Positions 40,383 through 50,789 of a stretch of 64,000 nucleotides of DNA are shown one piece after another. Under the pieces are notes generated by a model. That model was not told where the DNA came from, made no database searches, and saw only the letters and a list, made by a program, of their open reading frames with translations. Origin of the DNA: a candidate division WOR-3 bacterium UBA5631 (GTDB lineage Bacteria; Hydrothermota; Hydrothermia; UBA1063); contig DIJZ01000024.1 of the NCBI GenBank assembly GCA_002421425.1, positions 349-64,348 on the forward strand, written 5' to 3'. Position numbers and translations under genes: made by a program. Positions within the stretch are counted from its first letter, which is position 1; each line of letters opens with the position of its first letter.

Positions 40383-43300
40383 TCAGTCAAGATTTTTATT
40401 TACCACCCGAAGAACGCCCAGTAAAAGGTGCGCCCCCTGCTCTCTCAGCATCCCAAACAGATAGCCTCTTGCTTTGGCGTCCGGTATCTTTGGGAACACA
40501 TCGATACTGCAAATCAACTTCAGATTCTCCTCATGGAGCAGCGAATGAAGCTCACTGGATCTCTCACCGCCCTGTAGAGCAAAAAGGGTCAACCATGAGA
40601 GCCTTATCTCGAGAGAAGCATTTCTTATTAAATCCAGCCACTGCATAAGGTTGTTCGGCTCAAGAAATGAAACCTTTCCATTACAAAGATATTCAAGCAT
40701 TCCAGCATTTATTAAGGATTCAACGTACCTCAACCCCTGTTCGGAAGAAGAATATTCTTTTACTTCCTTTATTATCTTTTCAGTTATCTGACAATCTCCT
40801 TTTAGTCCTCTGACTACTGCAATGTATACTCTTGCCTGCAGAACTCTTCCTGGATTGTTGAGCTTCAAAAATATCTCCTCCGCCCGCGTGAGCATATCAA
40901 TTGCCTGATCGAATTCCATTCTTTTATAAGCAATTATTCCTCGAAGCAGATATGCAATCCCAAGCCTTGAAGGAGCAAGCTCTGAAGCACTTAACATTAC
41001 TTCGTCCAGTAGAGACTCCGCCTTGTCAAATTCATGCAATTCTAAATTTATTCCAGCAAGATTAATTCTTGCTTCAGAATAGTAGTCGGGAGACTTCAAA
41101 TCCTTGAAGATCCTCATCGCTTCTTCATAATGCTGTCTCGCCTCATTAATCTTTCTCCGATTCACGAATACACGGCCAAGATTATTCAAGACCACAGCCA
41201 GAAGAAACCTGCTCCCGGATTTTTTCACGATTGCAAGGGCCTGATTTAAGGACTCCTCAGCACCATCGAGATCCCAGTTCCCAAGATAAATCTGGCTAAC
41301 ATTAATCAATATCTTCGCTCTGGAAATTAGCTCGCCGAGCTCCTCAAAAATTGACATGGCTTTTTCGTAATATGCGAGAGCACTACTAAAGTTGCCGTTA
41401 ATTTGCTCAATGTTACCAAGGAGGTTGAAATCTGCCCCAAGGGTTTTCAGTGACTCTCTCGAACTCAGTCCTGCCTTTTCAATAGCCTTAATACTCAATT
41501 GTGCGAAATGTAGAGCGTTTTTGTAATCACCTAATCTCCAGTATACCCAGGCCTTCTTGTAGCCGGCATAAGCCTGCAGCTCCGGGTCCGCAGACTTTGC
41601 GGGCTCCTCGAGATATTTGAATGCTTCTTCAAATCTCGACTGTTTCTCATAAATACTCGAAACAAGAATTTCGTACTTAAGTTTAATTGCAGAGTTTTCT
41701 TGAAGACCGTCCATATTCGCGTAAAGAATTTCCAGTGCGCTGTCATACTCTCCCAGACCCTCGAGACACTGAGCTATTTTGTAGGCTACCTCCTCATTCA
41801 TTCCAAGATTCCTGTAAGCCCTCAGAGCATAGCCATAAAACCCTTTTGAAAAGGCAAGATCACCAGCTTTTTCGTAGTATTCGAGAGCCTTTTCTTCGTC
41901 ACCAGAGTTTTCGAAATGGAAGCCAACCAGATAAAGCAAATGCTCATCCTTGGTTTTTACTCTCTCAAGTTCATGAGCCACAAGGCCATGCAGTCTCTCT
42001 CTTTCCCGCCTTGTTAGCAACGAATACACCGCATCTTTAAGTAATTCATTTTTAAAAATATATTCAAAATCCCCTTCAATGAATGTGGATCCCTGGGAAA
42101 TAATGAAACCTTCCTTTTCAAGAATGTTAAGGTCCTCCTCTACACTTCGATCCAGTATCTTTACAAGAATACCCTTCCAGAAATGTTTGCCAATCACCGA
42201 GGCAGCTTTCAGGACGTCTTTCTCTCTTTCAGGCAGGCTATCAATAGACTCCACAAGCAAGCCACTAATAGTTTCAGGCAGATGAAATTCTTCTGCTTTG
42301 AGCCTCAGAGGTCCATACTGGAGAAGGTCCTTGACCCTCAGGAAGAACACCAATTCTTCGATAAAGTAGGGATTACCTCGAGTCTTAGACAGCAGTGTCT
42401 CAACAAACTCCTGTGAAACATCTTCCTGGGCCATCTGAAGAATAGTTCGGCAAACGTCTCTTACGAAACCCTCTCCCATACCCGTAAGTTCAATCAAATA
42501 ATCAAATGGAATTGCCTCCATCGATTCTCTGGAAACAAAAACAAATATCATGGAACCCGATTGAATTTTCTCCCTGAACCCGAGGAAGAATTTTCGAGAT
42601 TCTCTATCCAGGAACTGCGCGTCATCCAGAAAAACCACCACTCTCTGCAAATCCTTCAACAATACTTCAACAATCCAGGACATTTGAGCTTCCACATCTT
42701 TCAAAATCTCCGGGGAGAAACGAACCTCACCGCTAAGGACACTTAAAATTCTAGAAGACAGCAAATCTGCATCATTTTTAGAAAAATTATGCATAGACTC
42801 GAGATATCTTGATATACTCTCAGAATCTAGTACTCCTTCCGTGACTATAGTAAATATGTCCTCTACGACCTTCCTGAAGCCATAAAGGGGAGTTTGCTTT
42901 ATGGGATCACACCTGAGATAGGTCTGCTTCACATTTTCAAGTTCTGTAGCAATATTGTTTCTTAATTCCGCGCAAAATCTGGTTTTTCCAATACCTGCAT
43001 CCCCGTAAATATTTACAAAGTAAATCCCACTATTCTTAAAAGCACCCCGCAGCCAACGGGAAACCGATTCAAGTTCTTCTTTCCTACCTGAAAAAGGGGT
43101 CTTAAACCTGCCACGAATGGAAAACTCACTCTCCACAGGCTTTTCTCCAAGCACCTCAAAAACCCTGATAGGCTCCTCTCTTCCTTTAACCTTTACCTGC
43201 CCAAATTCCCTGAAGAAGAAAAACTGGAAAGTAAGATTAACCATCGCCTCTGTAACATAAATCTTCCCGGGTTCTGCGAGTTCTTCTATCCTCTGCGCGA

Positions 43301-43712
43301 CATTTACAGTATCACCAAGCACCGTAGGCTTTTCTCCTGCGATTGAAGACCACAAAACTTCACCCGTATTTATCCCAATTCTCATTTTTATATCTACGCC
43401 TCTTTTTGCGTTCACTTCCTCTAGGTATTTCTGCATCGCCATAGCAGTGGCTATAGCTCTTCGCGGGTCATCACCGTGGGCAACAGGTGCCCCGAACACG
43501 GCCATCACAGCGTCACCGATGAATTTGTCCAGGTACCCTCCATTTTTCTCGATAATTTCCTTAAATTCTTTAAAAATCTCGTCAATCAGTTCCTGCAGGT
43601 CTTCTGGATCCAGGAATTCGGAGAGGCTTGTAAAACCCTTAATGTCCCCAAAGATCACCGTAACGCTTCTTCGTTCAGGCTTAACCTGCTTGCTTGAATA
43701 CATAGATGCCAT
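40383..43712 (-). CDS. class III adenylate/guanylate cyclase fused to STAND-type NTPase and C-terminal TPR array
   Basis: The N-terminal cyclase has VTVIFGDIKGFTSL…FIGDAVMAVFG. The NTPase has Walker A GDAGIGKTRF and Walker B VVVFLDDAQ. About 500 aa of TPR-like repeats follow. Confidence 0.75.
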   Translation of the reverse strand: MASMYSSKQVKPERRSVTVIFGDIKGFTSLSEFLDPEDLQELIDEIFKEFKEIIEKNGGYLDKFIGDAVMAVFGAPVAHGDDPRRAIATAMAMQKYLEEVNAKRGVDIKMRIGINTGEVLWSSIAGEKPTVLGDTVNVAQRIEELAEPGKIYVTEAMVNLTFQFFFFREFGQVKVKGREEPIRVFEVLGEKPVESEFSIRGRFKTPFSGRKEELESVSRWLRGAFKNSGIYFVNIYGDAGIGKTRFCAELRNNIATELENVKQTYLRCDPIKQTPLYGFRKVVEDIFTIVTEGVLDSESISRYLESMHNFSKNDADLLSSRILSVLSGEVRFSPEILKDVEAQMSWIVEVLLKDLQRVVVFLDDAQFLDRESRKFFLGFREKIQSGSMIFVFVSRESMEAIPFDYLIELTGMGEGFVRDVCRTILQMAQEDVSQEFVETLLSKTRGNPYFIEELVFFLRVKDLLQYGPLRLKAEEFHLPETISGLLVESIDSLPEREKDVLKAASVIGKHFWKGILVKILDRSVEEDLNILEKEGFIISQGSTFIEGDFEYIFKNELLKDAVYSLLTRRERERLHGLVAHELERVKTKDEHLLYLVGFHFENSGDEEKALEYYEKAGDLAFSKGFYGYALRAYRNLGMNEEVAYKIAQCLEGLGEYDSALEILYANMDGLQENSAIKLKYEILVSSIYEKQSRFEEAFKYLEEPAKSADPELQAYAGYKKAWVYWRLGDYKNALHFAQLSIKAIEKAGLSSRESLKTLGADFNLLGNIEQINGNFSSALAYYEKAMSIFEELGELISRAKILINVSQIYLGNWDLDGAEESLNQALAIVKKSGSRFLLAVVLNNLGRVFVNRRKINEARQHYEEAMRIFKDLKSPDYYSEARINLAGINLELHEFDKAESLLDEVMLSASELAPSRLGIAYLLRGIIAYKRMEFDQAIDMLTRAEEIFLKLNNPGRVLQARVYIAVVRGLKGDCQITEKIIKEVKEYSSSEQGLRYVESLINAGMLEYLCNGKVSFLEPNNLMQWLDLIRNASLEIRLSWLTLFALQGGERSSELHSLLHEENLKLICSIDVFPKIPDAKARGYLFGMLREQGAHLLLGVLRVVNKNLD

Positions 43713-44086
43713 TATTATATAGGATTATGTGGGTTTTGTGGGGTGTAATCACAGGTTTAATTGCGGGCATTGTGAGTGGATTTTTTGGCGTCGGTGGTGC
43801 CACTGTAATCACTCCCATTCTGATTTATTTTTTTAAGATGTCGCAACACAAAGCCCAAGGAACTTCTCTTGCTGCTTTGCTGCTCCCTGTAGGCCTGCTC
43901 GCCTTTCTTCAATATTACAAAGCAGGAAACGCCGACATCAAACTCGGTCTATCCATCGCCGTTGGAGTCTTTATGGGTGGGCTTCTGGGGGGGTCCCTGG
44001 CTCAGAAAATAAACCCTGTTGACCTCAGAAAAGCTTTTGCAATTTTCCTAATACTTGTAGGAATTCAGTTGTTCTTCAAAAAATAG
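43706..44086 (+). CDS. half-size TSUP (TauE/SafE-like) 4-TM membrane protein
   Basis: It has four helices and a Gly-rich GFFGVGGATVITP motif. The probable start is ATG 43727 (MWVLWG). Confidence 0.45.
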   Translation: MPLLYRIMWVLWGVITGLIAGIVSGFFGVGGATVITPILIYFFKMSQHKAQGTSLAALLLPVGLLAFLQYYKAGNADIKLGLSIAVGVFMGGLLGGSLAQKINPVDLRKAFAIFLILVGIQLFFKK

Positions 44087-44618
44087 GACTGACTTCAAAT
44101 TTGTTCCGTATCTTGTAGAAAATCTTCCCACTTGCGTATCCAAGTATTGCACCACATAAAACATCGGTGGGCCAATGTCTCCTCAAGTAAACCCTTGAAA
44201 GGGAAACCCCGCCTGCCCATAGGTACAGGGGTACGCTGTATTTGGGGTGCAGCGAGCTGAAGTAGGAAGCCACATAAAAAGCCGCAGTTGCATGCCCTGA
44301 GGGAAAAGAGGAATTGCTCCTTGAAGTGAAATTATCAGGTCTCTCCCTGTTTGTGATATATTTTAGAGACTGAACGATAAGGGAAGTGGCGCCAAATCCT
44401 ACAGCATAAGATCTCATTGACTTCATATCCATTGGTTCGTCAAAAGACCAGTACACGAGGGAACAAAAGAGCACGACTTCACCCTCGCCGCTTTTCGTCA
44501 GAGATTTAAATACTGCATCAGAAAATGGAGAATTAAGCCCCACTGATATTCTTTCAAGACCGATGGAATCAGCCCTGGCGAAGGAGAATAGAAGCAAAAA
44601 CTCCATAAGAATCTTCAT
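44076..44618 (-). CDS. PAP2-family lipid phosphatase
   Basis: It has the motifs KxxxxxxRP (KYITNRERPD), PSGH (FPSGHATAAF) and SRxxxxxHxxxD (SRVYLRRHWPTDV). Confidence 0.7.
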   Translation of the reverse strand: MKILMEFLLLFSFARADSIGLERISVGLNSPFSDAVFKSLTKSGEGEVVLFCSLVYWSFDEPMDMKSMRSYAVGFGATSLIVQSLKYITNRERPDNFTSRSNSSFPSGHATAAFYVASYFSSLHPKYSVPLYLWAGGVSLSRVYLRRHWPTDVLCGAILGYASGKIFYKIRNKFEVSPIF

Positions 44619-44878
44619 AAACTAAGCCTCCTTTTTAGCTCTTCATGCGAAATATCTTCAAGTATTTCTAAAATTTTCCTCCTGGACCTCAGACCCGAGA
44701 CTATTCTTATATTTTCTCTTCTAACTCCTATTTTCTTTGCAATAAAATCTAAGAGGCCGTTGTTGGCTTTCCCCTGAATCGGCGGTTCTTTTACCATAAC
44801 CGTAATCTTTGAACCCTTGAATTGCATACCATATCTTTTTGAAGAGGGGATCACCTCAACCTCCAGACTAACTCCCAT
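44615..44878 (-). CDS. DUF167/YggU-family small protein
   Basis: It is 87 aa with …VKEPPIQGKANNGLLDFIAKKIGV… typical of UPF0235. Confidence 0.55.
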   Translation of the reverse strand: MGVSLEVEVIPSSKRYGMQFKGSKITVMVKEPPIQGKANNGLLDFIAKKIGVRRENIRIVSGLRSRRKILEILEDISHEELKRRLSL

Positions 44879-44987
44879 TTTAGTATTATAATGTAAAAAA
44901 TTCGAATTCGGGCTTTAAATCAAATGAATTTCCGGTCGATTTTTAATACTTGCTTTTGAACCATTTTTCATTTAAAATATTTTTAAT

Positions 44988-47900
44988 ATGGAAGAACTGT
45001 TTTTGGTAGACCCCTTAACTCAGCTGTACCATCACAATTATTTCATCGTAAGAATTGGGGAAGAAGTTGCGAGAGCCAAAAGAAAAGGTACTCCACTTTG
45101 TCTGCTTTTCATAGATTTGGACTTCTTCAAGATGATCAACGATAACTTTGGCCACCCTGTAGGGGATGAGGTCTTGAAGCAGTTCGCAATTTCTCTGAAA
45201 AATGCTGTGAGAGAATCTGACCTGATCTTTCGCTATGGAGGAGATGAATTCACCATAATTCTTCCGGAGACTTCTAAGGACGATGCAATAAAAATTGCCC
45301 AGAGGATCAAGGAGACCCTTGAGGATCAGGGATACGGCCCTTCAAAGAATCTGAAACTGTCTTTAAGTATCGGGATTTCACAATTTCCCCTTGATGGAGT
45401 AAATGCCGATGAGATCCTTCAAAAAGCAGATGAAAGAACGTTGAGCAGCAAAAAAACAGGAAGAGGAAAGATAGTATATACCAGCGATATAAGAGAAGAA
45501 ACGCTCAATATATCCCTTTCCGCTGCCCGCATTATTGGGAGGGAAAAGGAAATTAGCAGCTTTACGCAGCTTCTCACAGAGTTCAAGAACACTTCAAAAA
45601 GATTTATTGCCCTCCTGAAAGGCGTAAGGGGCGTGGGGTTAACCAGGCTCCTCGAAGAAATTTCGAAAGTTGCCGATATTCTTGGCATAAGGACATTACA
45701 TGTAACCGTCAAGGAGAAGGATGTAAAAGAGCCTTTCCCGCTCTTGAAAGCAATGCTTCGCGAGCTTATACGCGACGAACACCAGCTGGTCCTGGATGAG
45801 GCGCAGAAGAATATTGTTGCATACTTGATCCCAGAGGCTTTCCCTGGGGAATCCCTTAGAACTATCACCATAAGTGAACACAAAGTAATCCCTGTAGTTT
45901 TAGATTTACTCTGCGCAAAGAAGGCAGAAGATAAGTTACTCTTAAACATCGACAATGGGCAGAATATTACAAAGAGATGTATCCTCCAGCTAATTCATAT
46001 CCTGAAAGAAGAAAGCGCGAGAGACATATCTCTCATTATTGCGAAGACGAGCAGAAATATGTTTGAAGAAGAACTGAAAACCCTTTATGGTGACCTCTAC
46101 AATTTCGAGATCCTGCCACTAAAACGCGAAGAGATAAAGACAATCCTGTGGCAAATCCTGAGATTCGAGCCTGAAGATGAATTCCTTGATTGGATAATGG
46201 CAAAAACTGGGGGAAGGCCACTCTATGTCGATAGAGTCCTGAATACCCTGTTACTTTCCAAGAAACTGTTCCCGGGAGAGACGCACTGGATACTTAGTGA
46301 GTCATATTACTCAGGTGTTGAGGACATTTCGCTACCTCTTGCCGAAGAAATTACAAGCCTTGCACCTCAGGAACGTGAAGTCCTTGAGTTCTGTGCAGTT
46401 TACAACCTCGACTTTTCCACCTCTGTGATAGCAGCCCTTACAGAATTAACCATTACACAGGTTCTGGAGATATTTGATAATCTAACAAGAAATGGATACC
46501 TCGAAGAAATAATTCCTTACAATTTATATAGATTTGCAAACCCCTTTGTCAGGGAGATCATCTATTCACAAATTCCAAAAGAGAAGCGTACAAAGATGCA
46601 CTTCAGAATTGCAAGAATCCTCGACAATAATCCTGATGAAACGGCCAGACTGAACCCACAGATATTATATGAGCACTATATTCAGGGCGGTATGGAGAGT
46701 AAAGCAATCCCGTATATGGAGCTCATGGTAAAGAATGCCATTAAGAAGAGGGAATTCAAGAAAGCAATTCGTCTGATTCAAAGAATATTCGAAATTGCCG
46801 AATATAAACTCCAGATTTCAGAAAAAATAAGATTGTTGAGGGAATTGGCTGTTTGTTTAAGAAACGAAGGTGAAATAGAAGATAGTATTACAAAATTGAA
46901 GATGGCTCTGGAACTAGCAGAAAAATATAACGAAAAATATGAAGAAGCTCTGGTAAGGCTTGAGATTGCATGGATTCAGCATGAGAAGTACGAATCTAAA
47001 GAGCTTTTTATTAACATAGAAGAAATTCAGCAAATAGCGAATCAGATAAAGGACAAAGAAATTCTCGCAAGAGCCTTAATTTACAAAGCATTATATTATA
47101 TAGACTTTGAAAACAATAAGACAAAAGCAGTACTCACCCTTGATGAAGTACTAAACCTCGTAAAAGAGGAAGAGAATCACGAGATTCTTGCACAGGTGTA
47201 TGGAAATCTCGGGAAATGCTATTCACAGCTGAAACAGAACAATAAAGCAAAGGAGAGCTTTGAAATCGCGCTTTATCATGCAAGATTGTGCGAAAATCCG
47301 GATTACCTTGCGTCAATAATGCTGAACTATGGAACTACGCAGTATATTATGCAAGATGTCGAAAGCAGCCGGAAAACCTTCGAAAAAACTCTCGAATTAA
47401 TAAGAAGGGAAAATATCAGGCATCTTATGCCTCATCTTTATTCGAACCTCGCAATGATTTACGTCAACTATGGTGAATATCCAATATCCATAAACTATCT
47501 GGAACAGGCTTTGGATTATGCAAAGGATATGAATCTTGAAGCAGAGGCGCTCACATATTCAGCATACCTTTATGGAGTGAGGGCGTATCTGGGTGATCAC
47601 CAATACTATGAGTCCAAACTTCGTGAGGTTGCGGAAACCGCAAAATACAAGAACTATATGCAAGCATGGGAACGTGCAAATATGTATCTCGTTCACATTT
47701 ATTCCTTCCTCGGCGACTTCACCAATCTTGGGAAGGTAATTAAGAACATCGAGAGCTTCAGGAACCCGAGATCGAAAATGCTCGCAGAAATTGCTGTTTT
47801 GGAAAACCTCGTTGTTTTCTTAAAGGATCCTCGTAAAATAAGAGAACCTTTAATTAATAGAAGAAGGGAAGCCATTGAAAAGGGAGACTTCACCAGTGAA

Positions 47901-48344
47901 ATTGGGTGCAGTGTAGCCTCCTATCTCTATTATTTGCTTACTGGAGATCCAATAGAAATCAACCTCGAAAAGGTACTGGAATCCTCAAAAGCCGCAAAAG
48001 TGACAAAGTGTTACATTGATGCGATTCTTTACGAGCTAGTTTTAGGTAACGCCAGTCGAAAGTACCTTGAAGAGGCAAAATCCCTTGAAAGTCACTTCAA
48101 TCTTAAACAAAAACTACTTTTTGATATTGCCAGTCTGAGGGTGGAGCTGGTAAGTGGCGAAGTAGAAAATCCTGTAGAAAAGCTTGATGAGCTTGAGAAA
48201 AAACTGAAAGAAGTAAAAGCCAGATTATTGATGAATTTTCTTTACAGAGTTGCCATCAAATACTTCAGCGATATTGATGCTTCTCTGGCCTCATCCTTCA
48301 GTGAAAAATTGCAACCACTACTTACGAATCAGATGGCCCCGTAA
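44988..48344 (+). CDS. GGDEF diguanylate cyclase fused to degenerate STAND-type NTPase and TPR array
   Basis: The GGDEF domain has an RYGGDEF A-site and an RESD I-site. The NTPase-like region has GVRGVGLT in the Walker A position (Lys replaced by Leu) and LLLNIDN in the Walker B position. A long TPR region follows. Confidence 0.75.
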   Translation: MEELFLVDPLTQLYHHNYFIVRIGEEVARAKRKGTPLCLLFIDLDFFKMINDNFGHPVGDEVLKQFAISLKNAVRESDLIFRYGGDEFTIILPETSKDDAIKIAQRIKETLEDQGYGPSKNLKLSLSIGISQFPLDGVNADEILQKADERTLSSKKTGRGKIVYTSDIREETLNISLSAARIIGREKEISSFTQLLTEFKNTSKRFIALLKGVRGVGLTRLLEEISKVADILGIRTLHVTVKEKDVKEPFPLLKAMLRELIRDEHQLVLDEAQKNIVAYLIPEAFPGESLRTITISEHKVIPVVLDLLCAKKAEDKLLLNIDNGQNITKRCILQLIHILKEESARDISLIIAKTSRNMFEEELKTLYGDLYNFEILPLKREEIKTILWQILRFEPEDEFLDWIMAKTGGRPLYVDRVLNTLLLSKKLFPGETHWILSESYYSGVEDISLPLAEEITSLAPQEREVLEFCAVYNLDFSTSVIAALTELTITQVLEIFDNLTRNGYLEEIIPYNLYRFANPFVREIIYSQIPKEKRTKMHFRIARILDNNPDETARLNPQILYEHYIQGGMESKAIPYMELMVKNAIKKREFKKAIRLIQRIFEIAEYKLQISEKIRLLRELAVCLRNEGEIEDSITKLKMALELAEKYNEKYEEALVRLEIAWIQHEKYESKELFINIEEIQQIANQIKDKEILARALIYKALYYIDFENNKTKAVLTLDEVLNLVKEEENHEILAQVYGNLGKCYSQLKQNNKAKESFEIALYHARLCENPDYLASIMLNYGTTQYIMQDVESSRKTFEKTLELIRRENIRHLMPHLYSNLAMIYVNYGEYPISINYLEQALDYAKDMNLEAEALTYSAYLYGVRAYLGDHQYYESKLREVAETAKYKNYMQAWERANMYLVHIYSFLGDFTNLGKVIKNIESFRNPRSKMLAEIAVLENLVVFLKDPRKIREPLINRRREAIEKGDFTSEIGCSVASYLYYLLTGDPIEINLEKVLESSKAAKVTKCYIDAILYELVLGNASRKYLEEAKSLESHFNLKQKLLFDIASLRVELVSGEVENPVEKLDELEKKLKEVKARLLMNFLYRVAIKYFSDIDASLASSFSEKLQPLLTNQMAP

Positions 48345-48747
48345 GTTTAGCCTCGAATCGAAACAGTAAATTCCTTAATCTCGCATCGAAAAGTCTCAGC
48401 ACAAGGAAGTACACAGCCATTAGTATAAACCCTGAAATAGCACTAAAAACTTCTTTGAATCCAAGCCATTGACCAGTATAGTAACCTGCAACAAAGGCAA
48501 AAATTGGAAAAATAAAAATTAGTGCCGCTGCAATTAGAATTCCTATTGTGTTTTCTTCAACGATAACAATATCTGCAGTCTTCAAGTCGCGACCTCTAAC
48601 TTCGATTACGTCCTCACTTTCCGTCTTACGCCCAAGGCTACAGAATTTCGCGAGAGTACAGGACGAGCAGGAACTGTCCTTAAAGACCTTAACCTGATAT
48701 TTCCCACTTGAAAGTTCTGACAATACAATTCCTTTGATTTCCGCCAT
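48322..48747 (-). CDS. rseC: RseC/MucC-family protein (Rnf-associated)
   Basis: It has an N-terminal Cys cluster (CSSCTLAKFC) and C-terminal TM helices. It is adjacent to rnfB. Confidence 0.55.
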   Translation of the reverse strand: MAEIKGIVLSELSSGKYQVKVFKDSSCSSCTLAKFCSLGRKTESEDVIEVRGRDLKTADIVIVEENTIGILIAAALIFIFPIFAFVAGYYTGQWLGFKEVFSAISGFILMAVYFLVLRLFDARLRNLLFRFEAKLTGPSDS

Positions 48748-49575
48748 CTATAATGTCTTAACCTCCGCAAACTTACTGTCCAGCGCAATAGCACCCGTTG
48801 GACAAACTCCAATCACCTTTTCAGCCACTTCATCGACTTTATGTGAATCGATTATATACGCAAGATTGTTTTCAAGCTTCATCGATCCTTCGGGTGCTTG
48901 CTTTACACAAAGGCCACAACCAATGCAGGCAACCTTACAGTAGCTCTTCGCCACAGGGCCTCTATCCAGGCTCTTGCAGAACACAAAGACCTTTCGGTCC
49001 TGAGGCACGAGTTCAATAATTTCCCTCGGGCATGCCTCCACACACTTTCCGCAAGCAGTGCACTTCTCTTCAATAATGTGAGGCAATCCATCATCACCAA
49101 GATACATAGCACCAAATTTGCATGCTTTTACACAGTCACCAAAACCGAGGCATCCGTATATGCAGCCCTTATCACCTTTTATCGTCATATCTGCAACTCT
49201 GCACGAGTTTATTCCGTTGTACTCAGCTCTCCTAATTGCATTCTCAAGAGACCCATTGCACATCAGCTTTGCAACTCTCTTTTCAACACTCACTGCATCA
49301 AGACCGAGGATATGGGCAACTTTATTGGCAACATCCTGACCGCCAGGTGCACACTTCCCGGGATTTTTTTCCTGGCCACTGGCAAGAGCTTCTGCATACC
49401 CTGCGCATCCTGCATACCCGCAAGCACCACAGTTTGCACCAGGAAGTGCATCAAGAAGTATTTCAACTCGAGGGTCTTCGTGAACTGAAAGTTTTTTGTA
49501 TGAAATCACAAGGAACAATCCGAAAAAAAGACCGAGACCAAGGGTAAGCAAAAGGCTTATAAGAATAATGTTCAT
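48748..49575 (-). CDS. rnfB: Rnf complex subunit B (polyferredoxin)
   Basis: It has an N-terminal TM helix, CGACGYAGCAGYAEA and multiple CxxCxxCxxxCP ferredoxin motifs. Confidence 0.8.
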   Translation of the reverse strand: MNIILISLLLTLGLGLFFGLFLVISYKKLSVHEDPRVEILLDALPGANCGACGYAGCAGYAEALASGQEKNPGKCAPGGQDVANKVAHILGLDAVSVEKRVAKLMCNGSLENAIRRAEYNGINSCRVADMTIKGDKGCIYGCLGFGDCVKACKFGAMYLGDDGLPHIIEEKCTACGKCVEACPREIIELVPQDRKVFVFCKSLDRGPVAKSYCKVACIGCGLCVKQAPEGSMKLENNLAYIIDSHKVDEVAEKVIGVCPTGAIALDSKFAEVKTL

Positions 49576-49586
49576 TTCTTGCCTCC

Positions 49587-50171
49587 TTACTGTAATGTAA
49601 TAATTCCAGAAAACCCCATAAACGCAAAAGCCATTAATCCTGCAATGAGGAGGGTTATTGGCGCACCCTTTAGGGCTTTTGGAACATCCCGTACTTCCAG
49701 TTCTTCTCTAATTCCCGAAATTAACAAAAGGGCTATGGTGAAACCAACACCAGCGCCAAATCCAAAGAACGTGTTCTCTATTAAATTGTAATTTCTCATC
49801 GCACCAAGGAGAGCCAGACCCAGAACAATACAATTGGTTGTAATGAGCGGCAGAAAAATGCCAAGGGCCTTATAAAGAGAAGGAGATGCCTTCTTGATGA
49901 CCATCTCCACAAACTGCACCAGCACAGCAATAACAAAAATGAAAACAATCATCTGAAGAAAATCCAAATGTAGAGGCCTTAAGATAAGATGGTCAACAAC
50001 ATTCGTAATAATTGCCGTCATTGTCATCACAAAAGTTGCTGCAAAACCCATACCTATAGCCGAAGAAACTTTGGCTGACACACCCAGAAACGGACACAAA
50101 CCTAAGAAGTATGTGAGAATAAAGTTGTTGGTGATCGCTGCAGCTATAAAGATAATCAATGGTCTTACCAT
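49587..50171 (-). CDS. rnfA: Rnf complex subunit A
   Basis: It is a 194-aa polytopic protein with a typical RnfA/NqrE N-terminus (…LGLCPFLGVS…). Confidence 0.85.
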   Translation of the reverse strand: MVRPLIIFIAAAITNNFILTYFLGLCPFLGVSAKVSSAIGMGFAATFVMTMTAIITNVVDHLILRPLHLDFLQMIVFIFVIAVLVQFVEMVIKKASPSLYKALGIFLPLITTNCIVLGLALLGAMRNYNLIENTFFGFGAGVGFTIALLLISGIREELEVRDVPKALKGAPITLLIAGLMAFAFMGFSGIITLQ

Positions 50172-50183
50172 GGTGTTGCCTCC

Positions 50184-50789
50184 TTATTCCTTCCTTGTTA
50201 TGAAGTTCATAAAGCCTATAAGCATTGCAAGGGTCAAAAATGCTCCGGGAGGAAGAATCATCACCAGGATTGGTTTGAAAGAAGAACCAAAAATCCTAAA
50301 TCCCAGGATACTGCCAAACCCAAGTATTTCTCTGATGATCCCCATAAGCAGTATAGCGATCAAATAACCAGCACTCATGCCTAATGCATCCATTATGGAA
50401 GGTAATAACTTATTCTTTTTCGTGAAGGCTTCTTGTCTTCCAAGAATTATGCAGTTCACAACAATAAGCGGGATGTAAGGCCCAAGAGCTTTAGAGATGT
50501 CAGGAAACTTGGCCTTCAGGAACAGGTCAGCAATAGTAACAAACGTGGCGATTACAACAATGAAAGCAGGGATTCTCACTTCAGAAGGTATCAAATCCTT
50601 TACAAGTCCAATTACAAAAGAAGAGAAGAAAAGCACAAACAACACTGCAATTCCCATGGAAATGCTGTTTACGACAGTATTCGAGACTGCAAGGACTGAG
50701 CACAATCCCAGAAGCTGCACCAACACAGGGTTTTCCTTAAAAAACCCCTTGAAAAATTCAAAACCGAGATTTCTGTTATTTGATGCCAT
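50184..50789 (-). CDS. rnfE: Rnf complex subunit E
   Basis: It has the RnfE/NqrD-type sequence …NPVLVQLLGLCSVLAVS…. I start at internal ATG 50789, just after the rnfG stop. Confidence 0.85.
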   Translation of the reverse strand: MASNNRNLGFEFFKGFFKENPVLVQLLGLCSVLAVSNTVVNSISMGIAVLFVLFFSSFVIGLVKDLIPSEVRIPAFIVVIATFVTIADLFLKAKFPDISKALGPYIPLIVVNCIILGRQEAFTKKNKLLPSIMDALGMSAGYLIAILLMGIIREILGFGSILGFRIFGSSFKPILVMILPPGAFLTLAMLIGFMNFITRKE

